A stretch of DNA of 58,813 nucleotides, filler included, from Sphacelaria rigidula (Eukaryota): assembly GCA_964200075.2 (NCBI GenBank). It is 9 parts of 9 records of this genome, joined end to end, with 100 filler letters (N's around TTAATTAATTAA, not from the genome) between each part and the next. Parts side by side here need not be neighbours in the genome. Positions count along the whole stretch, not along the records: positions 1 to 6,446 come from CAXNAA020020019.1; positions 6,547 to 12,992 come from CAXNAA020020020.1; 7 more parts are not named here. One strand, 5' to 3'. This document shows positions 1-11,219 of this stretch, piece by piece. Made by a program: the position numbers and the translations under genes. The notes beneath the pieces are model-generated. The model was not told the origin of the DNA, ran no database searches, and worked only from the letters and a program-made list of their open reading frames with translations. How positions within the stretch are numbered: the stretch's first letter is position 1; every line of letters begins with the position of its first letter.

Positions 1-261
1 TTCGTATTTTGTTTGGCTCGTATTTTCCACTTACAGGACATTTGACAAGGCTTTTGACCCCCGAACAGGGAAAATCGCCACCACGCGTCTTGGCCGCTCT
101 CAAAATCTCTGACCCAAGCGAATCGGAAAAGTGGGCTAAGCTTCTGTCGGTGGGGTGACACAAAGTGTCCAAGACGCGTGGTGGCGATTTTCCCTGTTTG
201 GGGGTCAAAAACCTCATCAAATATCCCATAAGTGGAAAATACGAGCCAAACAAAATACGAA
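1..261. repeat. Foldback/MITE-like inverted repeat with arms of about 95 bp
   Basis: ttcgtattttgtttggctcgtattttccactta...cgcgtcttgg (1-93) is mirrored by ccaagacgcgtgg...ccaaacaaaatacgaa (169-261). Confidence 0.8.
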
Positions 262-292
262 CCGCAAGAAACGGCCTACGCGCGTGTCTTTG

Positions 293-460
293 AGCACATT
301 AGTTTTCGATCGAAATTGTGCGGTGGAAAACAAAAATCCCGATCTGATAGGTCGTGATTTTAACTATCTCCAGAAAATTTGAAGATGGTTGAAATCACGA
401 CCTATCAGATCGGGATTTTTTGTTTTCCGACGCACAATTTTGATCAAAAACTAATGTACT
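293..460. mobile_element. Palindromic Tourist/PIF-Harbinger-like MITE copy
   Basis: Self-complementary ttttcgatcgaaattgtgcggtggaaaacaaaaatcccgatctgataggtcgtgattt / aaatcacgacctatcagatcgggattt; same family at about 5960-6110, 42676-42870 and 58211-58397. Confidence 0.7.
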
Positions 461-724
461 AAGGGCGTGTCTTACGGCGTGTCTTAGCAACTTTTTCTTT
501 CATCGAAGAAGTGCGGTCGTCTTTTTAGCCGATCTGATAGGTCCACCGCATTTATGTTCCCAGAAGGCTTTAACTCGAAATTACAAATAACGGCACGCGG
601 AGAATAATAGGTCCAGGTAAAAAATATGCATGTTCGATCGAAAACATGCGGTCAAAAGGCACGAAGCGGCACTTGACTCCTATCTTACAGACCATCACGC
701 CAGATAACACCTGTTCACAGGACC

Positions 725-982
725 TGTAGCCGAATGATACCAAGCCGTAGGTTTCAGTATAACCGCATGCATGATTGGAGCAGTGGCAGGGGACAGGGGA
801 TCCTGGATTGATGGCTCTTTTCCGTGTAGCTCTTTGCTGTCTGGCCCGTGATGTGATCTGTTGAGGATCACTCCGTGATAATAACAAGTTAGAAAAAAAG
901 ACTTGTCGAGCACGAGGCCTGTGATACTGGAGGAGTCCCTCGTTGAAAGTCCTCTTGTCCAGATTGTCTGGCAGAGGCTATA
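725..982 (+). repeat. 5' LTR
   Basis: Begins tgtagccgaatgataccaagccgtag and ends ggcagaggctata; aligns along its whole length with 5295-5548. Confidence 0.9.
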
Positions 983-1232
983 ATATCTAGATATTTCTTT
1001 TTGGCACTCTGTTGGAGGAGCTTGGCTGAGGAGAGGAGCTGCAGCTGGAAGCCAGATTGGCCCGCAGACGGAAGGAGACAACTTGAAGCGCACAGCAGTG
1101 GAGGACGCTCCGTGGTCTCGTGGACGCACAAGTCAGGCAAGAGTATCTCCGTGAAGTAATGAATCCTAGACGGCATGGCTCAAGCGGCGGCAGCGCCGCT
1201 GGTGTTAGGTGAGCCGCTAGACCCGCCAAAGG

Positions 1233-2024
1233 ATGGTGAAGTGTCGACAGAGGAAGCATCACGAGTTTTCTACGCCAAATATCTCGACTACGGAGAGAGG
1301 TTGTATCTTACAATGCTCAAGGAGTCGTACGGCATGCGAGAGTGAGCATAAGTTAACTAATCCCTACGTACATTCATCGTCGCTTTGAAGGAATGTGCAA
1401 GGACCGTCGGGCTATGACCCGGGACCAACTGCTGGATGCTGTGAATCAGCATGCCGGGTACACCACAACCGGCGGCAAGCATGACACTGCGCGGGCTGCA
1501 GCAGACCTGCGTAGAGTTCTTACAATGCAGCAAAGCGGTGGAAAATCCGTCAAGGATCGAGCGATGATGGTTAATTCATCGATGGAAAACGTTTTCGCTG
1601 AAAACCTGACAGTACAAGCCATGTACCGTGCGGAGGACGGGAGCTGGTTGCCAGGCCCCGCCGGTCGGTTTCCACAGCTTTGGTAGACGAGATTTCCTCT
1701 CCGGAATTCAAGGCGTATGTTAGAAGCGTACTAACGTATATAGACGGCTGGAAAAAGAAACCGATGAGGGTGTTCAACAAAATATTTGATGCCGCCGACC
1801 ACTGGAAGTTCATTGAGGCGCATGGACGGCGCGATTCTGCGGCAAGTGCAGGGGGTGCACGCCGCAAACAGCAACAGCAACAGCAACAGCAGCTGTCTTC
1901 GCGAGCGTTGTCCACTCGCGCGTGTTACAACTGCGAAGGCAACGGACACCTGCTCAAGGACTGCCCCAAGCCTCGCGCTCAAGGCGCTGCTCAGGGCAAA
2001 GCGCACGATTCATCAGGATCTTGA
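1233..2024 (+). pseudogene. gag remnant with CCHC zinc knuckle
   Basis: ORF 1680-2024 contains CYNCEGNGHLLKDC (CX2CX4HX4C); upstream frames are broken, so the start is approximate. Confidence 0.8.
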
Positions 2025-2378
2025 GGCGATCGTCAAGGTGCTCGGGGCCGTGCCAACCATGGACGCGGGCGCGGCGGCCGCGGTAGCAAGCGATCGGCGG
2101 TGGGTGGTGGTTCCTTCGCTGCAGTGTTTCCCACTACGACTTCAGGTGCATGGGTGGCCACTGGGGTGCCTGCGACCTCAAATTGGAGGTTACGGACGTT
2201 GCACAAGGTCTGTAACGTCCGAATTTGAGGTTACAGGCACCCCGGTGGCCACTCGTGTGGTGACTCTGTATTTCCTGGCTCGTCTGTGTCGGGGCGGACA
2301 GTGTACGTGGGAAATACAAATACTTCGGTGGGAAGTGCTGGAGCGAATAGTTAGCAACCCCTCGGCCAGGCAGGATCC

Positions 2379-5183
2379 GTGTTTGGTGCATCTCCTACTG
2401 CTGCGACGGCCGTAACAGTATCGTCTGCATATTCGGCGACGTGGTCTTGGTGCACCACCGATTCTTCATCAATGTCAAGTGCTGGAGTGCAGCCCTGGCG
2501 TCAGGTGACTCTTGGTACCGATCAGGGTTCTTCGGCAGGCGTGGTACTTGTCGATCGCAAGGCTGAATGTTCATGCGCAGATCTTTCGTTGCCTAGTTCG
2601 GTAGGTTCGTTCATGGCCGGCGTTATTGTGGATTCTTTGACCGCGCTCACGTCGATCGATGTGGGGTTGCTAGAACAAATGTCTTTGCAGTTTGGCGGCG
2701 CTCAGCTGCGGATTCCGTTCGATCATGGACCGCAAACGGCACAGACCGCCACGGGTGCTCCCGTGACGGTTACACATAAAACGGTGCCGTTTGCTGTTAG
2801 CGTGCGTACGCCGTGGGGGGCTATGGAGTTGCAGCCCATCACTTTCGCTGTCATGCCCGGCAGGGACAACGTGGTTCTGTTTGGGATGGCGAAGATGAAG
2901 GAGCTCGGGATTGATTTGTATCCGCTGGCGTTGGATACGTTACGCCCGCGTACCGTGCTGGTGCAAACCGGCGTGGAAAACCCCAGCTATCTTGCTGCGA
3001 GGCGTGTGACCGTATCCATACGGTCGTTTCAGAGCGCCAATGAGGAAGCAGCTCCTGCTGATGAAGCGGTGGAGCGCTTGGTCGATCGGGGGCCCGATAT
3101 ATTCATGGACCCAGCGGAGGAGAGAGGTGCCAGAGAACGTGCGCTAGAGGATAGCGTGCAGCAGGCCGAGCAGAAGGGCCTGAGCGCCGATGGCGCATAT
3201 CATCTGCGTGATATTATGGCTCGTCGCGTGGATACCTTTCGTCGTGCGCTGCGTGGTGACCCGCCAGCGCGCGTGGAGCCCATGAGGATGCAACTCAAGC
3301 CACAGGCAAAGACGGTGAAGGCCAAGCCCCGACGTTACGATCCGGTGAAGACGGGGTGGCTTGCCTCATGCGTCGCAGCTTTGGTGGCGTTTGGTTTAGT
3401 GGTTAGGAACATCCAGGCTGTGTGGGCGAGTCCGGCGATGGCGGTGCCGAAGAGGGACACATTCCGTTTGTTCATCGACTATCAGGCGGTGAACGCGTAA
3501 GTGGAACAGTCTCCGGGGGTGATGCCAAGCCAAGAAGACATGCAGGAGTTGCTGGGAGCCCAATGCTTCGGCAAGTTGGACCTGCTACAGGGATATTGGC
3601 AGATGCCTCTGGCGCCGGAGGCTCAGGAGATCTTCACGATCGTCACGACTGGCGGTTTGTTTACGCCCACTCGTGTCCCGCAAGGCGTGTTGAACGCCAC
3701 GGCGTAATTCCAAGGTGTGTGAACTGACATTTTGCGAGGTCTAAACTGTAAAGTGTGGGTGGATGGCGTTTTCTATTTTGCTACAACCGAAGTAGAATTG
3801 TTAGATTTGCTTGACGAAATTCTTGGCCGCTTGAAGAGTGTTGGTCTGTTCGTCGCTACGCATTAGTGCACCTTTTTGCCCGCGAAGTGGTTTGGTGTGA
3901 TACGGTGTACTCCAAGGGTACTGTTTCGCATTATCCCATTCACATCCAAAGTTTGAGCAATATGCGACGTCCTCAAACCACTAGTGAGCTGATGCAGTTT
4001 CTGCAGGCGGTGTATTGGTTGCGGACTTCGCCCCCGCGCATCGCGGAAGTAGTTGCGCCTTCGTGTGTTTTTGGAACAACTTATGGTCGGGGCTTCGCGT
4101 CGGACCAAGCGGGTGGCGCGTAGTCGTATCATCCCGGAGGACGCTTGAACGGAGGATCGTGTGGGGACATAGCGTGCTGGGCAAGATTTGGTGGCGCAAG
4201 CGATGCCGCGGTATCATCCTCGTTCAGGGTGCGTTGTTCCAGATGCTTCGGATTTCCACTGGGGTAGTCTTTTTACGCAAGTGCCTGTCGCTGAGTTTAG
4301 AAGTGACATTGCGCTCAGAAACATGCCGCACGAACAGTTTACTTTTCTGAGTGGTAGCTTCAAGGGTTCACAGGTGCGGTGGGTGACAGTGGACAAAGAA
4401 GGTTTCGCGATAGTCAATACATTTCGAAGGCTAGAGTACCTGCTTTGGGGTGGTGTTCGCATTTTCACTGATCATCGCAATCTGAAATATTTTTTTACCT
4501 CCGAAGAGTGTGTCACATCGATGACGAAGGCCATGGCGCAATGGCTTGAAAATTGGAAGAGTGCTCGGCCAATATCGTAATGCCGTTGAACGCATTCCTG
4601 GAGAGCGTAGTTGTTGGGGAGATTCTTTGTCTCGCTGGGTAAAGGTTCCTACCGTGCCTGTTCGAATTGTTGCCATGTACAGCCCGTGTGATGCCGATGA
4701 TTCGCTGCCCTCGTCAGATGTCATTCGTACCGCGCAGCGCAAAACAGTCGGCGACGGTGTTCATTCTTTTTTACGACTTTCGGTCAAGCTGCCTCGGCTG
4801 ACGTTGGTTTGTTTCGCGTGCGTGTCGGTAGTAGTGATGTTCTGTGGATTCCGTCGGATAGTAAGGCTCGACAAATTCGCTCGATCGTATGCGCTCACAT
4901 GCGGTCGGCCGGTCACCGTGGTGTGGCGCCGACTCTGTTGTTTCGTTTGAAGAAAAACTGTGTGTGGCCCAGCATGGATTCCCACGTTAGCGAGTCCGTT
5001 CGCCAGTGTTTGCATTGTGTAGACACTTGTGCTGATGCGATTGTACCTCGTCCGTATGGCGATACTTTGCATGGTACTGCGGCAGGTGAAGTTGTTTACT
5101 TTGATTTTCTGTACGTCGGAAATAGTGCGGAAGTAAAGGTGCTGATGGTTTGCCTGATGAGGAGGGTTTTCGGTTTTTTGTGA
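2379..5183 (+). pseudogene. pol remnant (aspartic protease, RT, RNase H, integrase zinc finger) with stops and frameshifts
   Basis: WASPAMAVPK..FRLFIDYQAVN; LDLLQGYWQMPL...PQGVLNA; DASDFHWG...DKEGFAIV...FTDHRNL; HMRSAGHRG...CLHC; integrase core is cut after about 5120. Confidence 0.92.
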
Positions 5184-5294
5184 TCTAGCGCATGCGATTT
5201 GTGCTGATGGTTCTTTGTGATCTAGCGCATGCGATTTCGCCTTTTTGTTTGTTGTCAAGCTCGTTCGTTCGTCTTGAACTCGCTTTGGGGGTGC

Positions 5295-5548
5295 TGTAGC
5301 CAAATGACACCAAGCCGTAGGGTTTCAGTATAATCGCATGCATTGTTGGAGCAGCGGTAGGGGACAGGGGATCCCGGATTGCTGGCCCTTTGCTGTATGG
5401 CCCCTTGCTGCCTGGCTCGTGATCTGTTGAGGATCACCCCGTGATAATAACAAGTTAGAAGAAAGGACTTGTCGAGCACGAGGCTAGTGATACTGGAGGA
5501 GTCCCTCGTTGAAAGTCCTCGTGTCCAGATCGTCTGGCAGAGACTACA
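5295..5548 (+). repeat. 3' LTR
   Basis: TGTAGC...GACTACA, preceded by ttgggggtgc. Confidence 0.9.
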
Positions 5549-5948
5549 GTCCACTGCTATCCATTGGAAATTACCGCATGTTGCTTGAGATACCACACCC
5601 CCAGGAACGATTTTCGAAGCTCAGTTACTTTCTCTCGACGAGATGGTTGCAACGCCGCCCAGACTAGCCCTGCCATCGCTTTAAGGAGTAAGTGAGCTTT
5701 GAAAATCTGTCAAGGGGATGTGGTATCTTATTCGACCGACAAAAGTGAGTGACGGTGTCAGTATGCCAGTGTACTGCTCGGTCTTGTACACTGCGGCCAT
5801 TCCAAAACAACCGTATCGTATCGAATGTTGATACTTCATACGCATCGTGTCATTTTCGATCGACAAAAATATCGGTATTGGGGGTTGTGGGTCGATATTT
5901 CAAGAATATCGTATCGAACCTCATTCTCGGTCCGATATGCAACCCTGC
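5549..5948 (+). mobile_element. Right-end fragment of the hAT-like element (second copy)
   Basis: Collinear with 8176-8580 and ends in the same TIR tatgcaaccctg. Confidence 0.8.
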
Positions 5949-6110
5949 ACAGCACGCTGCTAGTTTTCGATCGAAATTGTGCAGTGGAAAACAAAAATCC
6001 CGATATGATAGTGTACGTCGTTATTTCAACCATCAACGTTAATTTTGAAGATGGTTGAAATCACTTCGTATTATATTTTTGGATTTTTGTTTACCACCCT
6101 GCAATTTACG

Positions 6111-6446
6111 CGCCGGTGGCTCAGTTGGTAACCTCGAACCCTTTTCATGGTCGAGAGTAGGGGGTTCGATTCCCGGAGCGATGTGGAATCTTTTCTCACA
6201 CCATGCCCAACAGTGGAGAGCGACTATGTTAACCCTTAGACCGCGAGATTAGTCTTTCTGGATCATAGATACTTTATTTAACTTGAAGTTGATGCCGATT
6301 GAACAGAAGACTAACCTCGTGCTCTAAAGGGTTAACGGTCGACGAGGGGAAGGAACTGCTAAACCCCTCTCGCGATAAAAAATAAAGACAAGCACCGCAG
6401 AAGGAAGGTGAGGTATTAAAAACAAGTAAAAAAGAAAAAGCTCCTG
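6111..6446 (+). mobile_element. tRNA-derived SINE copy interrupted by a piggyBac-like MITE
   Basis: A-box ggtggctcagttggt and B-box ggttcgattcc; body matches 24960-25336(-) and 58609-58813. Confidence 0.75.
6233..6331. mobile_element. 99-bp piggyBac-like MITE
   Basis: TTAA on both sides (6229-6232 and 6332-6335); TIRs cccttagaccgcgagattagtct / agactaacctcgtgctctaaaggg. Confidence 0.8.
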
Positions 6447-6546
6447 NNNNNNNNNNNNNNNNNNNNNNNNNNNNNNNNNNNNNNNNNNNNTTAATTAATT
6501 AANNNNNNNNNNNNNNNNNNNNNNNNNNNNNNNNNNNNNNNNNNNN
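6447..6546. other. Artificial contig spacer N44-TTAATTAATTAA-N44 (also at 12993, 19539, 26085, 32631, 39177, 45723, 52269)
   Basis: Identical 100-nt spacer with a six-frame stop linker, recurring exactly every 6,546 bp. Confidence 0.97.
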
Positions 6547-7121
6547 CAACTCGTCTGTGTCGATGAGATATTGCTTTGTGAGCTTGAATCCGTTTTTAGG
6601 CTGGTCCAGCTCGTATGGATGGGGCATAGACCACAGAAGGAAGATGAAGGCCGCCTGAAACATTAACAAAAATAAAACTCCTGTGTTGGCCTTCCTCCTG
6701 TGTGACCCCGGCTGATGCGCCGACATATACCCAAAGTTATAGACTGGCGTCCAGAATAGATGGGACGACAACACACACAATAAGGGGTCTTACAACAAGT
6801 ACCTCTGTACTTTTCTTCCAACAGCAATTTTCTCAAAAATCAAAACTGCCTTGTTCGAGGGATTATTTCGTTGTCGGAACGTTTGGCGGTGCGACCGCCT
6901 CATTTCTTTTCCGATTAACTCGAGATCACAAGTCTCATTGGTGGGGATGCTATGCTCCGTAATCCACGACCAGTGGTTCCGCACACCAAAAATGCCCAAT
7001 CCACGATCAGAAGCGTCCGGCGGGTGGCGGTTGGTCCACACCCTTTCGATTATATTTATGGCGGGTCGGTGGCTAAAGCCTGGCTTTCTTCGGATTTTGA
7101 TACCCGACCAGGTATTTCTTG

Positions 7122-8580
7122 CAGGGTTGCACATCGGTATCGGTATCGGAGCGTAGAAAACCGATATATATGACACATATCAATATCGAATATCGATACG
7201 CTCGATATCTGGCCCCTTTTTCGTCACATTAGCTCGACCTCTCGAAGCCGTCGTCACAGGAAATGTAGGGGGGGTGCTTTTTCCCGAACGGCAGACCCCC
7301 AGTTGATTCAGCCCCACCCCCTGCCACTCTACAAGGTCACCTGCACACACCACACACCACAGTATAGCCGTAGAGCGGTTGCACGTTGTGCAAATGGATG
7401 CAGTATCTATTCGTAGGGATTGATGCGACAGAGCAACCGCTGGTGCCTCGTGGGTTTGATGATTTAATTCAGCGGGGGTGTTCAACAACGGCAACATACG
7501 GGTGGCGTGGCGGAGTGGATATGAGGTCACGATCACTGCAAAGCTGCAGATAACAGTAGAAGACAGCTGTCCTTCGGAGTATGAGGAGATGGTAGTGTCG
7601 CTTCGCCTTTCCTTCATGTTTGACGAGTCCTGGATTTATTCCCCCTCCCTCCCCCATCCATTAGTCTGGGCATTCGAATTGTTGTAAGCTTCATCGTTGG
7701 TAACATCCAAATCTATATTTTCTTTCCCTTGTTCAAAAAATAAAATCGACCATCCATCCTCAACCATCCCACCATCCATCCTCACACAATTTTTATTAAT
7801 TAATTAATTAATATAATTATAGTTTGACATCCGAAAATTCAAATGTGAAGCATGTCGCCGACGTTTCCTGTTTTTGGGGCTCTGGAGTGAAAAACGCTGA
7901 AAACAAAGAGCGCGCATCTGAGTTTGTGCATGTTCGAGGTTTGACACGTTTTCTTCTCTGATGAATGTGCAGAGTCGGGGTATGCGCTCATTCGATCCAA
8001 ACACACAGAATAGAGGCCGTAAAAATGAAAACAGTATAACCAATACCACACCCGGCCCGCTGTGATCAACTACCTCTTGCACGATGACAAAATATATTCA
8101 TTAGACAGCTGCATCACCGCATGCCGCCGCTGCAATGATGTCAATTTGCACACTACCCGCTGCTGTACATCATGTGTCCACTGCTATCCACTGGAAACTA
8201 CCATAGGTTGCTCAAGATACCACACCCTCAGGAGCGATTTTCAAGGCTCGATTACTTTCTCTCGGCGAAATGGTTGCATCGCCGCCCAGTTCGGCCCTGG
8301 CATCGCTTCTGGCGAGGAGTAAGTGAGCTTTGAAAATCTGTCCAGGGATGTGGTATCTTATGCGACCTACAATAGTAAGTGAGGGTTTCAGTGTGCCAGT
8401 GTACTGCTCGGGCTTGCACACTGCGACCATATCGAAACAGCGGTATCGTATCGAATATCGATACTCGATACGTATCGTGTAATTATGGAATACCGACAAA
8501 AATATCGGTATCGGGGGTTGTGAGTCAATATTCCAAGAATATCGTATCGAGTTTTTTTCTGGGTCCGGTATGCAACCCTG
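7122..8580. mobile_element. Non-autonomous hAT-like DNA transposon
   Basis: TIRs CAGGGTTGCA...TGCAACCCTG, subterminal (gtatcg) repeats, degenerate 8-bp TSD atttcttg / attcctca. Confidence 0.7.
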
Positions 8581-9584
8581 ATTCCTCACCTTTCTCGAGG
8601 TTTACTGCGCTTTCAATAATCCAGGATTGGCCGATGCTATGCCAAGCCTGTACTCCTGTTGACCCTTCGACAGCGACCCCCCTGGACTGATTTGGACTGT
8701 GCCCCATTTGGGGTTCAGAACTGCTCTTTTCTCGCTTTACAAAACGCCTTTTTCATGAACATGTGGATATTCGATCATTTGTATAGAAAATAGTCTCGGA
8801 GAACCCCTGACCAGTTTTGACCGTGCAGTCAATTGCGTGCAGAGTCAGTATGTATGTGTGCTGTATGTCTTCACTGGATATAACGGCAAGAGACAGTATA
8901 AGTGTGCCATCGCTCTTCACTGAACACAATTCACTGCGTGCTGCTGGTGCTTCTGCCTGGTGCTCAACATCAACACTACAGTGTGAAGCTATGCTGGCAG
9001 CACATGAGGGATCAGGCAGGCGGCGTAGACGACGAGCAGTCGAGCAGAATACAAACAAGTTATTTGTACCCATATCATCTATGGTTGATTCCCCGTGGCT
9101 AAAATGAGTCGTGGGGGTAGACAGCGAATCAGTCCAATTCAGTCCACCCGAACCGGAACAAAAGTGTTCATTTCGACGACCGACCGTGATTGGTCAAGTT
9201 GGGCACCCCGCGCTTCTCGGGCCTCGTGCACGGCTCATAATTTTCGCGGGAAACTTCTAAACACGCATGGTTGACTCCGTGAGCTTCTCCAACGCTTTGC
9301 GTACAGACAGACCCCCCCCCCCTCCCGTCAAAAACCACACCCCCCCAGCACGGGAAACCCCCGGATGTCTCAGGACTGTCAACCTGCAAAACATTTTCGA
9401 GGCGACGCTCCCTGTCGAAGGTCAACGGGTTAGCCGTTCCCGTGCTGGACTAACCTGTACTGTGCTGTACTGTACCAAGTACTGCACTGCACTGCTCTGT
9501 GCCATTATAAGTGTACTGTGGGTTTAGTCAGGCCTATGTAGTGGAAACAGCTTACCTCGACTTATGACAGACTGCTCAAAAGCA

Positions 9585-9686
9585 CACCCTGGACGACAGA
9601 TTACATTGTCAAAAAATATACTGCGTACAGTATGTGATCTATTCTCTATCGCCATAGTACGTGAAATGTAATCTGTCGTCCAGGGT
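9585..9686. mobile_element. CACCCTGGAC-TIR MITE (related copies at 11081-11219 and 42248-42413, partial at 52131-52217)
   Basis: caccctggacgacagattaca ... tgtaatctgtcgtccagggtg. Confidence 0.7.
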
Positions 9687-9823
9687 GTGCTCAAAATCTG
9701 GTCCAGCACAGGTGATTCGGGTAGCACAACACGCACACCACGCTCAAATTGATGCAAGCGGTGACTAATCGTGCAAACGCTCGCTCTAGGGTACGGTCTT
9801 TCGCAATACGAAGTGTGTTGCAC

Positions 9824-9946
9824 CTGAACGAAGCGTGCCGAACCATCCGCTCGGTTGAGCAATCCTTGCTCTGCCGCCAGCGGTCGTATCTGGTTGCTTT
9901 GTCGACCATCTCTCCTTGTCAAATTCGGTGCTCCTTTAACCGCCAT
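9824..9946 (-). CDS. RRP46: Exosome complex component RRP46/EXOSC5-like (RNase PH family), first exon
   Basis: MAVKGAPNLTRRDGRQSNQIRPLAAEQGLLNRADGSARFVQ matches the RNase PH N-terminal motif RxDGR...RP...L.RADGSA; followed by a CAG|GT donor at 9823. Confidence 0.75.
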
Positions 9947-10233
9947 GGGAGCTGCAGCGGGAGAGCAACAGTAGTCATGCGCCGGTGCTCCATGTCAACC
10001 GTACGACCGCATTTGCGACGAAGGCCAGATCTACGTAGAACGCGGTGGAACAATACGCCGGATTTGTCATACTGCCGTAATTCAGGGTATCAACGTCAGC
10101 GCGTCATTGCACTTGTCCACTAGACTGAGCCAGCACTTCAAAGTGCAACACATGCGTCTAAGTACGTACTTTCATCTAAAACCTCGCCACATACATAGAT
10201 TCCCCCACGAATTGCAGAAGATCCTGGGAAGTG

Positions 10234-10368
10234 ATGGCGCTGCGCGCCGGTTGCTACTGCCTCGCTGCCGCTATATGGGCATGGGAACCAGCCTATGCTT
10301 TCTCACGATCGTTTGCTACCCAAATCGCCAATCCTCGTGCCAACCGCGCTACAATAGTGCCGACGACG

Positions 10369-10403
<35 letters not shown>

Positions 10404-10918
10404 CACCGGACTACATGTAGCATCGACTAAGAGCATGGTTACTGCGGAAGGTCGTCGATCGACCCGTACAGAAGGTAGCGCCTTCTGCGTGGCATGCAGC
10501 ATAGGAAGCGCGGGCTCTAACAGTTACAGAAACAGTCAACAACGACACAGAACAAAGCTGAGCATGTTATCGAGCCCAAACCAAGCCCTCACCGCAGGCC
10601 CAACCGCAACCGCAACCGCAACAGTTGCAGCTGGCACCGCAAAGTTAACAACGGAAAACGCCGTGACTCTCTTCCCGGTAGACTCGGCCGCAGGGGAAAA
10701 GCTAGCTGCCCGCGGTTTAACCGCAGGGGACTGGGAAAGGTTACTGGGGGCGGGTAAGGTTATATCCCTCAAGGAAGGGCAGCTCCTCGTGGCAGAGGGC
10801 GATCAGCCGGCGAGCATGGAGGATCGAGAAGTGTATCTGATTCTTAGCGGAGAGTGCCGGGGGGAAGTGCGGGGGGCTGAGGTCGCACGGGTGCTGCCCG
10901 GAGATTTTGTGGGCGAAG
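10234..10918 (+). CDS. Cyclic-nucleotide-binding domain protein with a bipartite-like N-terminal presequence, first exon
   Basis: Signal-like N-terminus ending AYA-F, Ser/Thr/Ala-rich linker, then LKEGQLLVAEGD...VYLILSGECRGEVRGAEVARVLPGDFVGEG (cNMP beta-roll); donor GAAG|GTGCGT. Confidence 0.75.
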
Positions 10919-11080
10919 GTGCGTGCGGCTTTCGTGGATGTAATTTTGTTGATACGTGATGTGTTGTACATGACCATAGACGGGAAAACAGGTGGGTCCA
11001 CATCACTGCACAAGGTTAGGTCGTCACCAGCAAGTGTCAGTTCAAAGCGCATCTCGATCTTGCTGTTCCGCAATAAACCA

Positions 11081-11219
11081 CACCTTGGAGGAAAGATTAC
11101 ATGGTCAAAAATGTACTGCGTACAGTATTGGATCTACTGTCTTCCTGTATTAGACGCAATAGTCGATACTGTACTGTACGCAGTATATTTTTTGGCATTG
11201 TAATCTTTTGTCCAGGGTG
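11081..11219. mobile_element. CACCCTGGAC-family palindromic MITE in an intron
   Basis: Arms caccttgg...gattacatggtcaaaaatgtactgcgtacagta / tactgtacgcagtatattttttggcattgtaatc...ccagggtg. Confidence 0.65.

Larger units (their letters stand above)
725..5548 (+). mobile_element. Decayed Ty3/Gypsy LTR retrotransposon (LTR-gag-PR-RT-RNaseH-truncated INT-LTR)
   Basis: Direct repeats 725-982 and 5295-5548 (TGTAGC...CTACA/CTATA); domain order PR-RT-RH-INT; G-rich tract just before the 3' LTR. Confidence 0.93.

Noticed and set aside
6111..6180. tRNA gene
   Set aside because: A and B boxes are present but there is no clean cloverleaf, and it continues into a multi-copy SINE body
6491..6502. Regularly spaced TTAATTAATTAA motif as a biological periodic repeat
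   Set aside because: Always embedded in N runs at a fixed period; it is an assembly linker
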